64,000 nucleotides of DNA from Cetorhinus maximus (taxonomy: Eukaryota). Position 1 is the stretch's first letter; every line of letters begins with the position of its first letter. The stretch lies in contig NC_135894.1 of the NCBI RefSeq assembly GCF_964194155.1, forward strand, positions 60,078,001-60,142,000, written 5' to 3'. The notes beneath the pieces are model-generated. The model saw only the letters and a list, made by a program, of their open reading frames with translations, made no database searches and was not told the DNA's origin. The position numbers were made by a program, and so were the translations under genes. Shown here one piece after another: positions 26,194 through 37,450 of the stretch.

Positions 26194-27064
26194 CAAGACC
26201 AGTCTTGGGCTGCAGAGAATGATGTGTGCACGGGCGCGGTTTAAATATAGCACCCAGGAATATGAGCCGATGAGGTAATGGCAGGGCAGACGAATCCCAG
26301 CGCACCCTGCCACAACATATGATGTGTTTCACGCTCATGCATGTATAATTAGCTGAAAAGCAGATGATCTGGCATGGAAACCCGCCACCACGACCAGTGA
26401 GAAATGCGTCACTTATCCTGTCCGCCATTGCGCTTAGCCTCCGGAGTGGAAAATTCCACCCATGGTTTCCACTGATCGGTGAGTCAGTAGCCAGAAGGCA
26501 GAAATTTAAGATAATCACCAAAGGAACAAAAAAATAATAAGGGGAAAGCTAGAAGAAATATCTTTATGTGGAGGGTTGTTGGAACAACGATTAAGGCAGA
26601 ATTTAAAACATGGGAAGAGTGTGAATAGTTGGTCAAGTTCCTTAATTGGAAAAAAAGCAAGAATTTAATTTGTTACTTTCATGCTGTTTGAAGTTGCTTT
26701 ACTGAACGAACTGGATTTTTTTTACAAAAAGATTTAGTTGCATTGGCTTTTAATTGAATGTCCCTTTCAATAGAAAATAGGAAAAATAAGCAACATGCAT
26801 CATACCTCCTGCAGATGTGTTTGCTCTATGCATACCAGTTGCAAAACTTTTACTTAAAACTTCATTGATAGCATTAAAGCAATAAATAAAATGAATGACC
26901 ACATTCTAATTATCATATTGGCTAAATTACAAGAAACTGTTTAATTTAACCACATTGAGAAACATTGTTATACTTTAAGTCAAAATTAAAGTAGAAATTT
27001 AACTGGTGAGCCTAAATTAGCCTTCAATATTACAGTTATGGTTTAAAAACAAAGAGGTCAATAC

Positions 27065-27210
27065 CTGCTCATTTACTAAGAAAAACGTGCAATAGCTTTT
27101 TCCTGTGTAAAAGGGAAGATAAAGAATTTCCAAGACTGAAGAACCTTGTGCCTCCAAATGCAATGACCCCGCTTTACAGAAGAACTCTGGCACCCAATTA
27201 GCCTGGAAAG
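27065..27210 (-). CDS. CFAP47: CFAP47 (cilia- and flagella-associated protein 47) internal exon, FQANWVPEFFCKAGSLHLEAQGSSVLEILYLPFYTGKSYCTFFLVNEQ
   Basis: Acceptor tttttgcttacag and donor CAG|gtattg; 146 nt, phase 1 to 0. Resembles the recalled mammalian CFAP47 segment EFFC...HL...SSLEL.FLPF....YC. Confidence 0.9.
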
Positions 27211-28435
27211 CTGTAAGCAAAAACGGACACTTACAAGTTATAATTGTGATTCAATGGGGCAGAATTCAAGAAGATATTTTTTCAAATATTTAACTAATTA
27301 GAGCTTTATACCATGAGCCAATTGCAATAATTTAGTGTAGTAAAGTTCACAAATATTCAAAAAAAAGTCATACAACCAACTTAGTGATGCTGAATAGAGA
27401 AATCATGCAAGAAAATTCATCTGCTGAAATGTCTGCTTAGTTTTGCAGCATTTTAACTCCAAAGTTAGGTCACAGAGAGATCACCTTAAATACTTTGAAC
27501 AGGCATCTGAGTTAATAGGGTGTACATCTTGGGCACCCATCAGAATGCCAGCCTTTAATGTCTCCCCCCAACACCCCAACAATCCCACCCCTACTCCACA
27601 ATCTCCTGCTATCATAGTTAGTCTGGAAGAAAGGGAGCAGACTCCCAATTACTACCACCCCCTTCATCCCCACCCCTTTGTAAAGGGACTGAAAAAATCT
27701 TTTAAATTGAAGGTCCAGAGTTGTCAGAGTTTTGTGTCAACTTTTCCATTAATATTTGAAATGGAAATGTCATATGTCTCTAGGATGTGCACCACATTAT
27801 CCTTTCCTCCATCCCAAAGATTATTCACAATGCTTTTGGAATATTTTTGATGCAACTATTTCACTGCCACACTCCCCACCCTCAACCCCTCACTGACTGG
27901 TACTGGCTTCCATTGCTATTTTGTCAGAGGGAGACTCTGCTGTTGGTCAACAGGACTCCAGCCAATTAATGACTCTGTCCACTTCTCTTTGTTCTCAGAA
28001 CCAGCTGTCAATCAAAATCTCTACCCAAGCCAGGGCCTATCGTTTGACGAGGTAGTTTGGTATCATCCCTATGACTATCCTGAAACATCAGGACTGCACC
28101 TCATAAATAATTTGGAAAAATCACCTATTCATCAATTATGAATGTAGGTAACTTGGCAGGTACAAAAGTGTTTGCAAATGTAAATGATGGTTCAGGCTGA
28201 CTAACTCATCAACACTTCAGAGAACCATTATATAGGATATATTAAAAAAATCTCCACTATATGAAGTTCTTTCCAGACAACTCATCTTCTCTGAGCTGAT
28301 GTCTTTCACCTGAAAAGATATATTAAAATAAGTTCTTTCTTACATGGTCCCCAACATTTAACTTATTTGAAGTATAGGAAATATTATTTTTAACAGTGTA
28401 ATTTAAAGTATAGTTTCAGCCCCTCAAAGACTTAC

Positions 28436-28518
28436 GGACTTCCTGGTTCATATTTTGACTATCCACTCCATTTTCAAAAGCACTCTTCTCAAATTCACCT
28501 GGTTCAGGCTGTAAGTCA
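28436..28518 (-). CDS. CFAP47: Probable CFAP47 internal exon (poorly conserved linker), DLQPEPGEFEKSAFENGVDSQNMNQEV
   Basis: Acceptor tatttgtttttag and donor C|gtaagt. 83 nt, open frame, phase-1 end compatible with the next exon at 27210. No recognisable protein similarity on its own. Confidence 0.6.
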
Positions 28519-30489
28519 CTAAAAACAAATAAGACAGTTATTCACATGGGCAGACCTCCATGTACCTAAGTAAACATATTCAACTTAATTCTAAATGTTT
28601 CTTCTTTAAAATGAACATGTTACTGAGATCTGCACCGCCTAATAACAGAGAAAGAATGTGAAGAAGTGCATTGACACCTGTATATTCTAGATGTCTTGGG
28701 TGCTGGCCTCAGCTGTCCTTTTTGTGCAAGTGCCCTTATTTTTAAAATAGTCATGGTATTTTTCAGTAGGTTGGGGAGTTCTTACAGCATCCGTAGCAGC
28801 AAAAAAAAACTGCAGCATCCCCGGGATAGTTTCTCTGCTACAATGGATGCTGGGCAAGAGCTCCCCATTCCACAAAAGCTGCTTCTTTCACAAACCCATT
28901 GCTCCTTCTTATTGACCTACGTGCCCCATGTTTTAAGTTGTAAAAGGGTTTGGTGCATTGAAAGTCATCCATAATTCATAACTTATGAGTGTCCATGGTT
29001 CCAGAGTGCTTCCTTTTATAGTTTACCATGTAAGTTATTTAAGACTCTCAATAAGTGTCCACTCTTTGCAGGTGTCTGTGTTTTGAGAGTGTTTATTTTT
29101 ATAGGTTTCACTGTATGAAAGCAGATCTTTGCAACCACCATCTGCAGCAGGATAAAGTGGTCAGAATATATTACAATGAGCATACTGCACTCCACACTTG
29201 GTTCACAAATTCATCCCTCCTTGGAGGGGGGGAGGGGGTGGGGTGGCAGTCAAGTAGTGGAGGGATTCTGGCCTGAGAGGGAAGTAGCTTTGGGTGTTGC
29301 GCTTCAGCCATTAACAGCCTGCAAAGCCACATATAATATTAAAGGGCTCATTGAAAATACAAATCAATTTTTCTAAGATTGTTTTCTTAAAAAATAGATA
29401 TGAAATCACAGGCTCAATGATAGTAAAGAAGGAACTTGAGTGACAATTGGGGATGCAGCATCATTCATTCTTATATTTGCAAGTACCAATTCAAAAATTG
29501 GCACTTGTGACCTTTAGCTAGTGGCATAGAGGGGTCAATCTTGCACACGTGATCAGTGTAAAAGGAAAAGACAGTTCACTGGAAGGCAACCTTGCATGCT
29601 AGTCCTGTCATAGAGGGCAGAAATGATGACTTGCAGACCCCAGACTTCAAAAGCTGAGATGGATGCTGAGAAAGCTACAAACAACATCAATTTCGTCAAA
29701 AATTTCCTGGACTTATACACACAATTCAAAATCAAGAATAAAAGCAGCCATATTATGTACTGTCATAGCAAAGGGGTAAAATAGAAAATCAACTCTGTAC
29801 AGATATTGAGTTCCAATTCCTTTTCCAGAGCTTCCATGCAATTTTCAAGTTAATCTGCCCTATAGCTACTTTTATGGTAATCGCATAATATTAAAACTGT
29901 CCATTTAGAGCTCTCTATATGCCAAGAAAAATAATTGATTGCATAATCCTGACAATACTTTCTGTGCTTCTTAATTTTTCCTTCTGACTAATATGATCAT
30001 TGGTACATTTGGCAAGAAAAACAAAGAAGACTAAATACAAAGCATTACAACGAGATGAATCATTGTTAAAAGACTATTTCATTCTAAATACATCTTTAAC
30101 AGTAGAATTAATGATAGCAGATGTTATAAATTCTCAGGTGAGCAATCTATAAGGTTAATTTTTCCAGTTTTCTGTAATTTCTGGTTGAAACTGACAGCCT
30201 ATTTTATTATCCATTTGCGATTTGCTTAATTGATCTGCACAAAGCTTTATTTTGTCTTTGAGGTATGCTGTAGAAAGACTGAAACTGACATATATCACTG
30301 TTCCTTCATCATTGCTGGGTCAAAATCCTGGAAATCCCGAGTTAACAGCACTATGACCTGCCAACTAGAGGTTGAAGAAGAGGTCCTACCACTACTTTCT
30401 TAAGGCAACTAGGAATGCAGAATAAATGCCAGCTTTGTCAGTAATGCCCAAATCCCTAAAGATGAATAATCATTTTAAAAATGAGGCTC

Positions 30490-31410
30490 TCAACACAGAT
30501 TCTGAAAAAAATGGTTTGCAATCTAGTTGAAATTTATGAAGAAGTTGTTAGATTGGTTGTCTTGGTTAACAATGTATACGTGGACTTTCAAAAAGCTTTT
30601 GATAAGGTGCCACACAGTAAACTATTTAGTAAGATAAATTCCAATAGGGCTGCTAAATGTGATTAAATGTATTCCTGGATGTTTCATCACATGACTTGCC
30701 CCCACATTCCAGCCATTAGTTGGCCAACACATCCATCCCTCTGACGTACTGGCTTCCTAGGCCAACTGTAAAGCAAAAAGACTCATTGCCCAATTGGATG
30801 ATGCTTGACTCAGCCAAATAGCACTTTTTTCCCCATTTTCAATATTTTTATATCTGGTAAAGAGAAATGTTCAAAGAAAATGACAAAAAAACATTTTTTT
30901 AAATGTCCTGACGATTTTTCTCCAGGGTTGCAAACAGCAGTGTCCTGGGAATTGACCTTCAATTTCTGGAGACTTCAGGCCAATCCTGGAGGGTTGGCAA
31001 CCCTAAATTCTAATAAGATTGATACGCAGATCTTAAATTGTATAAAAAAAACTGGCTGCATTCTTGTAAACAGCAGGTGATTATTAGTGGCAATGGTTTT
31101 GCAGGAGGACTGGTTACCAGTGAACTCCTGCAAGGATCAGTGTTAGGATCATTGCCCTTTACAAACTTTAGAAGTTGAGTGAAGGATTGAATGAACTATC
31201 CACAAGTTCACAAATGATGCAAAAATATTACAAAATAAGCCAGTTGAAAAAACAGATCTAAATGTGATGCTAGAATGTGGCTGTATCTGGCAAATGTAAC
31301 AGAGTAAATGTTGTGACATGTATGTGGGTAGGGTTAATGCCAAGCATGTGCACATCATGCAGGATTCAGAGTTTAAGCCTTTTGAGCAGGAAAGGGACCT
31401 AGCTGTTATA
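30490..31410 (+). mobile_element. Old CR1 RT fragment split by a hAT MITE
   Basis: VYVDFQKAFDKVPH before the insertion; PARSVLG-like and KFTNDAK remnants after it. Confidence 0.7.
30645..31005. mobile_element. hAT-type MITE (361 bp)
   Basis: TIRs tagggctgcta / tggcaacccta and an 8-bp TSD aattccaa / aattctaa. Confidence 0.8.
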
Positions 31411-32009
31411 GATGAATCTTCCTGGGGTTAGGGTGCATTTAATTCAAGGGTGCCACCAATCAGCTATCCACCTCAGATGCAGAATTTGTGGAATTAGTGG
31501 GGCAATGTTCCCTAATCTCGTTTTGTATTATGTTGCCTATTCACTTAACTACGCAGGTCCTTTAAATTTTTATGCAGGCCACACAGTTATTTAAAGGGAC
31601 CGACTTATTTCAGCCCTACACAGCTTTGAGAAAACGGTGATGTGGGGCCATACGAACATCAGCAAACAAAATTTTAAAATTTCCCCTTTCTGCCTTGTGC
31701 TGCTTTGAATGATGCAATTGATCACATTGTCTCATTTTAATCCCCTAGAGGCCCATATCTATGCTAAAGGTCAGTGCACCCAAAATTTCTAGGGCACAAA
31801 TAACTGGTAAAACTTTGTATAATATATTTCCCTCATTTGTGTGATATCATTATGTCTCCATCTGACCCCAATCCTGCAGAAATTTTAATGGCCAGATAAA
31901 AGGCTGAGGACTCAGCATAATCAAATACTGCCCCAAAATTAACCCCAGAAAAGGAAATTCAGAACTGCAAAGTTCAGGCACATTAAAACTGGGAGAGTAT
32001 AAATAGTTT

Positions 32010-32785
32010 TTTTTCTTTTTTTATCATTTGTTCAAGAGCTGTGGACATCACTGGCTAGCAACCATTTATTGGCAATCCCCAATTGCCCTCAGGAATGTGA
32101 TAGTGAGCCACGTTCTTGAACTGATGTAATCATTGTGGTGTAGGTACACCCACAATGCCTATTAGGGAGGGAGTTCCAGAATTTTGACCCAGTGACAGTG
32201 AAGGAACAACAATATATTTCCAAAACGTGATAATATGTGACTTGAAGGGTAAGTAGTAGGTGATGGTGCTCCCATGTGTCTGCTGCCCTTATTTTTCTAG
32301 GTGGCAGAGATGTGTGTTTGGAAAGTGCTGTCAAAGGAGCTTTGGTGTGTTGTTTCAGTGCATCTTGCATATGGTATACACAGCTGCCATTGTGCGCCAG
32401 TGGTGGAGGGAGTGAATGTTAAGGTGGTGGATGAGGAGCCAATCCAGTAGGTGTCTTTGTCCTGGATGGTGTTGAGTTTCTTGAGTATTGTTGGAGCAAT
32501 ACTCATCCAGGTGAGTGGAGAGTATTCCATCACACACCTGACTTATGCCTTGTAGATGGTGGGCAGGTTTTGGGGAGTTAGGGGTGAATTACTCGCTGCA
32601 GTATTCCCAGCCTCTGACCAGCTCTTGTAGACACTGTGGGTGAAATGTTATGGCCCCATCACGGCGGGGGAGGGCCTAAAATGCTAAGAGCCATTCAAAG
32701 GTCCATTGGGTGCGGTGGGATCAAAAATCCCGCCAGTGTAAAACTCCGCCTGGTATTTTTGTGGCTGGTCCAGTTAAGTTTCTGT
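32010..32785 (-). mobile_element. LINE 3' fragment, same family as 5972-6955, with a ~115-bp MITE at 32638-32752
   Basis: Colinear with 5972-6610 (MMEYSPLTWMS...NTIQDK). The insert has ends gggtgaaatgtta / taaaactccgcc. Confidence 0.82.
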
Positions 32786-33016
32786 GCATATATATGTAAG
32801 TAATGTCCCAAAAAGGGAAAGTAAGTATTACATTCCAGGGAAAATATTGCTTTTAGTCAACTATAATAAAAACAATATGCTGGAAATCCTCAGCAGGTCT
32901 GGCAGCAGCTGTGGAGAGAGAAACAGAGTTAATGGGCTGGATTTTCACCCTACATCAGGGCCAAATAACTCCTGAGCCCATACTTTCCGGTTGTGACGCT
33001 GGTGGTGCAATCTTCT

Positions 33017-33380
33017 GGGGAGGCGGTGGCATCCTGGTATTGTCACTCTACTGGTATTCCAGAGACCCAGGGTAACGCTCTGGGGACTCGGGTTCGAATC
33101 CCACCACACAGATGGTGAAATTTGAATTCAATGAAAAATAAATGTGAAATTAAAAGTCTGATGATGACATGAAACCATTGTCGATTGTTGTAAAAAACCC
33201 ATCTGGTTCACTAATGTACTTTAGGGAAGGAAATCTGTTGTCCACACCTGGTTTGGCCTACATGTGACTCCAGATCCACAGCAACGTGGTTGACTCTTAA
33301 ATGCCCTCTGAACAAGGGCAATTAGGGATGGGCTATAAATGCTGACATAGCCAGTGACGCCCACATCCCATGAATAAATA
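33017..33380 (+). mobile_element. tRNA-derived SINE, near full length
   Basis: B-box ggttcgaatcc; its 3' tail (aagggcaattagggatggg...cccacatcccatgaataaa) matches the 3' end of the local LINE family. Confidence 0.85.
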
Positions 33381-33765
33381 TTTTAAAAAGCAGCCTCTTA
33401 ATTGGCCACCTCCTCAATCGTTGTCCTATTAAGGAGAGAGAGCGGACTCCCGATGCTGCCAGCCCAATCAGAGGGCCAGCAGCTTTGGAGCCTTGACAGC
33501 TCCACCAGGAGAGGTCAACACTGCTGAGGTAGACTGGGGGCACCTCATCACGGAGGCATCCTCAGAGTCAGAGATCCAAATCAAAGGTTATGAGGGCTGA
33601 AGTTGATAGGCCCCTTGGAGCGGAGAGGAAACCTCTCCAGAGCAATCATTTGTTCTGTGGGTGGGGTATTTGCTGCCCACCACTCTGTTATTAGGGGATA
33701 GCGCCTCTGGCTCTGTTAGCCATCCCCAACTCCCAGCTTGCCATTGGGAGGCCATCTTCACTGGC

Positions 33766-33990
33766 CTTCATGTAGGCCAAACCAGGTGTGGTCAGCAGAT
33801 TTCCTTCCCTAAAGTGAACCAGATGTGTTTTTATGACAATTGACAATGGTTTCATGCTCATCAACAGACTTTTAATTTCAGATTTATTTTTCATTGAATT
33901 CAAATTTCACCATCTGTGTGGTGGGATTCAAACCCTAGTCCCCAGAGCATTACCCTGGGTCTCTGGAATACCAGTACAGTGACAATACTA
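33766..33990 (-). mobile_element. Second copy of the same SINE, inverted
   Basis: The reverse complement aligns to 33035-33265 with few mismatches and one 9-nt gap. Confidence 0.85.
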
Positions 33991-35689
33991 TTATGTACAG
34001 CTGGCTGTACATGTAGCAGGGGCCCACTCCGCTGCTGGCAGGAGTACCTCTATTTGGGGCCCTAATCATCTTAACTGGATGTCCGCCTCCGTGGAGCGAG
34101 CAGCAGGTCCAATTCCCAACTGTCCCTCAGAAAGCTTCCCAGTGGTGGTAATGCATCAAGGAGCCATCCCGGTGCGGCTCACCCCTGTACTTTCCTGGCT
34201 CCCTGCCTCCGAGCAGACCACCAAAATAAAATTACAGAATTTAAATCAAAACTTTTTTCTCAGAAACTAAAATTTCAAATGTACAAAATGAAAGGTTAAA
34301 AAAAAAGTCCCACCACTTATATCACCCATGATAAATGAGGGTAACCATTTATATCAGACAATTAACATTAGCCATTCAGTAGGTGTCAATGACAAAGACA
34401 CCGCTTGTAATTTTTTTAATGCTCCAGCTATATTGGGCAAACTCAGCTGTTCATTCAGCTGTTTGCACCTCATTAAGATGCAAATGTCTTGGCTTCTTAA
34501 TCCCCTGTCATTTTAGCTTTGAGTTACAGTTACACTAACCGCACTGATTACAGCAGCATAAATGACTAGAAATAGAAAAGTAACGAGACTCAAAACAAAA
34601 ATTAACCCCCTAAATAGTACAATTATGTGCTCTACAATTAAACAAGAAGTTCCTGTTTTTTTTTTAAAAAACTTGTTTTTAACAACTGTGCTTTAAATTA
34701 AAGCCAGAAAATGCTGAAATTACTCCGCAAGTCTGGCACCCATCTGTGAAAAATGGACTTAATGGCCAGAATTTTACCAGTCCACTGGAAACAGGCTGCG
34801 AGGCGGGAGGGATGATAAAATGGCGACAAAGGGTGTCGGAGGAGAAGCCTGACGCTTTTATGTTGTGAGGGGCTATTACCAAAGGCTGGTTGGAAGAGAT
34901 CGTGTTGGAATGTGTTGGGGAGGTAATTAAGCCTGTTAAACAGACAATTAACTGTAATCTTACCAGGTTCTTATCATTTTACCAGGCACATGGGAAAATG
35001 GACCTTCTGAGTCCTGCCAGCTATAACGCGGCAAAGGCTCATCGGAAGGTCAATGTTGGCTGAGAGGTAGCGTAGCGTAGCTTGGTGGGAAGGGTGAAAT
35101 ACTTTCTTTTTGAAATGCTTCCATTGGCTAGGTGCTATCATCAGCTCAATTATTCTGTCAGCTAAGTCTGCTGCCATGAAATCACAATCATGCCCTTGTC
35201 TCTACAGCTACTTATGAATTGGTCAATGTTCTCTTTCGGCTGTTGGCTAAAGGACATGAATTCCAGACGGTGTACTCAGAAGTGGAGCTTCATTCATAAC
35301 TGATCTTCGAGTGTTGACCATATTTTTTCTGGGATTTTTAAGGTGGTCGATGGACAGATCTGATGTGTTCAGTCTTGAGGCTCGACTTGACGGGGATTTT
35401 GTGTCGCCCGTGCGATCTTCGGCTCGTCACACAGGTGCAACGGGCAATCAGCTAGCAAAAATTTATATGAAGCTCATCCACGGGCAGGAGAAGTGGGCTC
35501 AGTGAACTCGCGATTCTACAGATTTAAAAGTTAGTGTTCCAAAGTTAGTGAAACTTGCCTGCGTGAGCTGGAAAAGTTCAAAACGCATACCAGCTGCTTG
35601 GACTGGACTCATAACCTTCAGGTCAGCACTTTGCAGTGAGGATTTGTTTTGGGGCCTGTAGGATTCAGGAAGCCTCCCTGAGCCTGGGA

Positions 35690-37209
35690 ATGGGAGGCGA
35701 TCCCTCCACTGGAGGCACCTCCTCTGAGGAGGAAGGGAGGTCTAGAAGGGGAAGGAGGCCAGGAGTGCACATTCAGCCTCCAGGGGAGCCACCTTTGGGA
35801 GGACAGGCGCAGGCACAAGGGGTACAGGGCCAAGAGGCAGTCCAAGGCAGAAGGGGCCGCAGAAGACGCCACTATCCTGCTGCCAGAGTATACAGGCGGC
35901 GAAGCAGCTACCTCAATATGTCTGAGGGGCAATGCCGAAGGATGCTCCGTCTCTCAAGGGAGACAGTGAACACGCTCTGTCAGATTAAAACAAAAAGCTA
36001 AAAGCTACTGCGGATGCTGGAAATCCAAAACAAAAACAGAATTACCTGGAAAAACTCAGCAGGTCTGGCAGCATCGGCGGAGAAGAAATCAGTTAACGTT
36101 TCTTAAAAACGTTAACTGATTTCTTCTCCGCCGATGCTGCCAGACCTGCTGAGTTTTTCCAGGTAATTCTGTTTACGCTCTGTCAGATTATTGGGCCAGA
36201 GATCTCTCCTAACTGAGTGGGTGGACACCCCATGCCCATGGCTCCAAAGGTCACAGCTGCCCTCAACTTCTATGCCTCTGGCTTTTTCCAGGGGTTAGTG
36301 GGTGATCTTTGTGATGTCTCCCAATCAGCTGTCCACACTTGTGTCAAGCAGGTCACAAACACTCTGCTCAGGTGTGCATTGACCTTCATCCACTACCGCT
36401 GCGACCAGTCCAGTCAGACACAGCGAGTCAGAGGCTTCGCGGCCATTGCTGGCTTCCCCCGTGTCCAGGGTGCAATAGACTGCACACACGTGGCCATCAA
36501 GGCGCCAGCAGGTGAGCCCGGTGCCTTCGTCAACAGGAAGGGCTTCCACTCCATGAACGTGCAGATAGTGTGTGATCACAGGATGCAGATTCTGCTATTC
36601 TGCACAAGTTACCCAGGCAGCTCCTACAACGCCTACATCCTCAGACACTTGCAGGTTCCGGGGCTCTTCAGTGCTCCAGCCCGGCTAGATGGATGGCTGC
36701 TGGGAGACAAGGGCTATCCCCTCAGAAGGTGGCTCATGACGCCTCTCCACCATCCAAGAACAGAAGCTGAGCAGCAGTACAATAGAAGTCACGCCTTCAC
36801 AAGGCTGTGGTGGAAAGAGCCATCAGTCTTCTCAAAATGCACTTCCGATGCCTGGACCGTTCCAGGGGCGCACTCCAGTACCCCCCAGATCGAGTGTCAC
36901 TGATAATGGCTGCATGCTGCGCTCTCCACAATTTTGCGCTGCAAAGGCGGGGACGCTGTGGATGAAGAAGATGTAGGTGCAGTGGCTGTGGCTGAACATG
37001 ATGAGTCCAGCAGTGAGGCCGAGGGTGAGCATGCACAGGGAAATGCTGAGGTGGCAGATGCTGACCTGGGCATACTCCAGGGAGGCAGGGACACCTGGGA
37101 CGCTCTAATCCAAGAAACCTTCAGCAAGCACAGCACATATGAACCTCCAACACAAGCCTGGGCTGCAGCATCCATACTGGATACCTTAATGCCAAATCTG
37201 TCAGGATAG
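35690..37209 (+). pseudogene. HARBI1-like DDE transposase, disrupted by an insertion, a stop and frameshifts
   Basis: MSEGQCRRMLRLSRETV, NFYASGFFQ, GFPRVQGAIDCTHVAI, NRKGFHSMNVQIVCD and LLGDKGYPLRRWLMTP; catalytic D motifs intact. Confidence 0.93.
35988..36174. mobile_element. Penelope-derived foldback insertion (187 bp)
   Basis: 16-bp TSD acgctctgtcagatta (35972-35987 and 36175-36190); perfect inverted arms 36034-36101 / 36107-36174. Confidence 0.9.
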
Positions 37210-37450
37210 GAGCATTGATGGGCCCAGTCAATAAATGTCAATGACATAAATCACTCATAACACCTCAGGAATCCATCCACCTGCACAAGAAAAGAGGCAC
37301 CCCCCAGTCACGTTAGACAATCTTAATTTAATGTTTTCACAAAAGTCTCTCAATATAACACAAATAAAATGGTGTCGCACTGCAAACACAATCAGAAGGA
37401 ACTCATAGGGGAGCCAACAAAACACCACCAGTGATGAACCCGGGATGTGC

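Larger units (their letters stand above)
21650..26461. mobile_element. Harbinger transposon copy 1 (left end not resolved)
   Basis: Convergent transposase (+) and Myb (-) remnants; right TIR aaaattccaccc ending at 26461. Confidence 0.85.

Noticed and set aside
33017-33105. tRNA gene
   Set aside because: The tRNA-like boxes are a SINE head; there is no complete cloverleaf and it continues into the SINE body and LINE-derived tail.
36217-36903. Domesticated HARBI1 host gene
   Set aside because: It lies within TIR-like ends beside a Myb partner, is disrupted, and has several decayed paralogues in the window.
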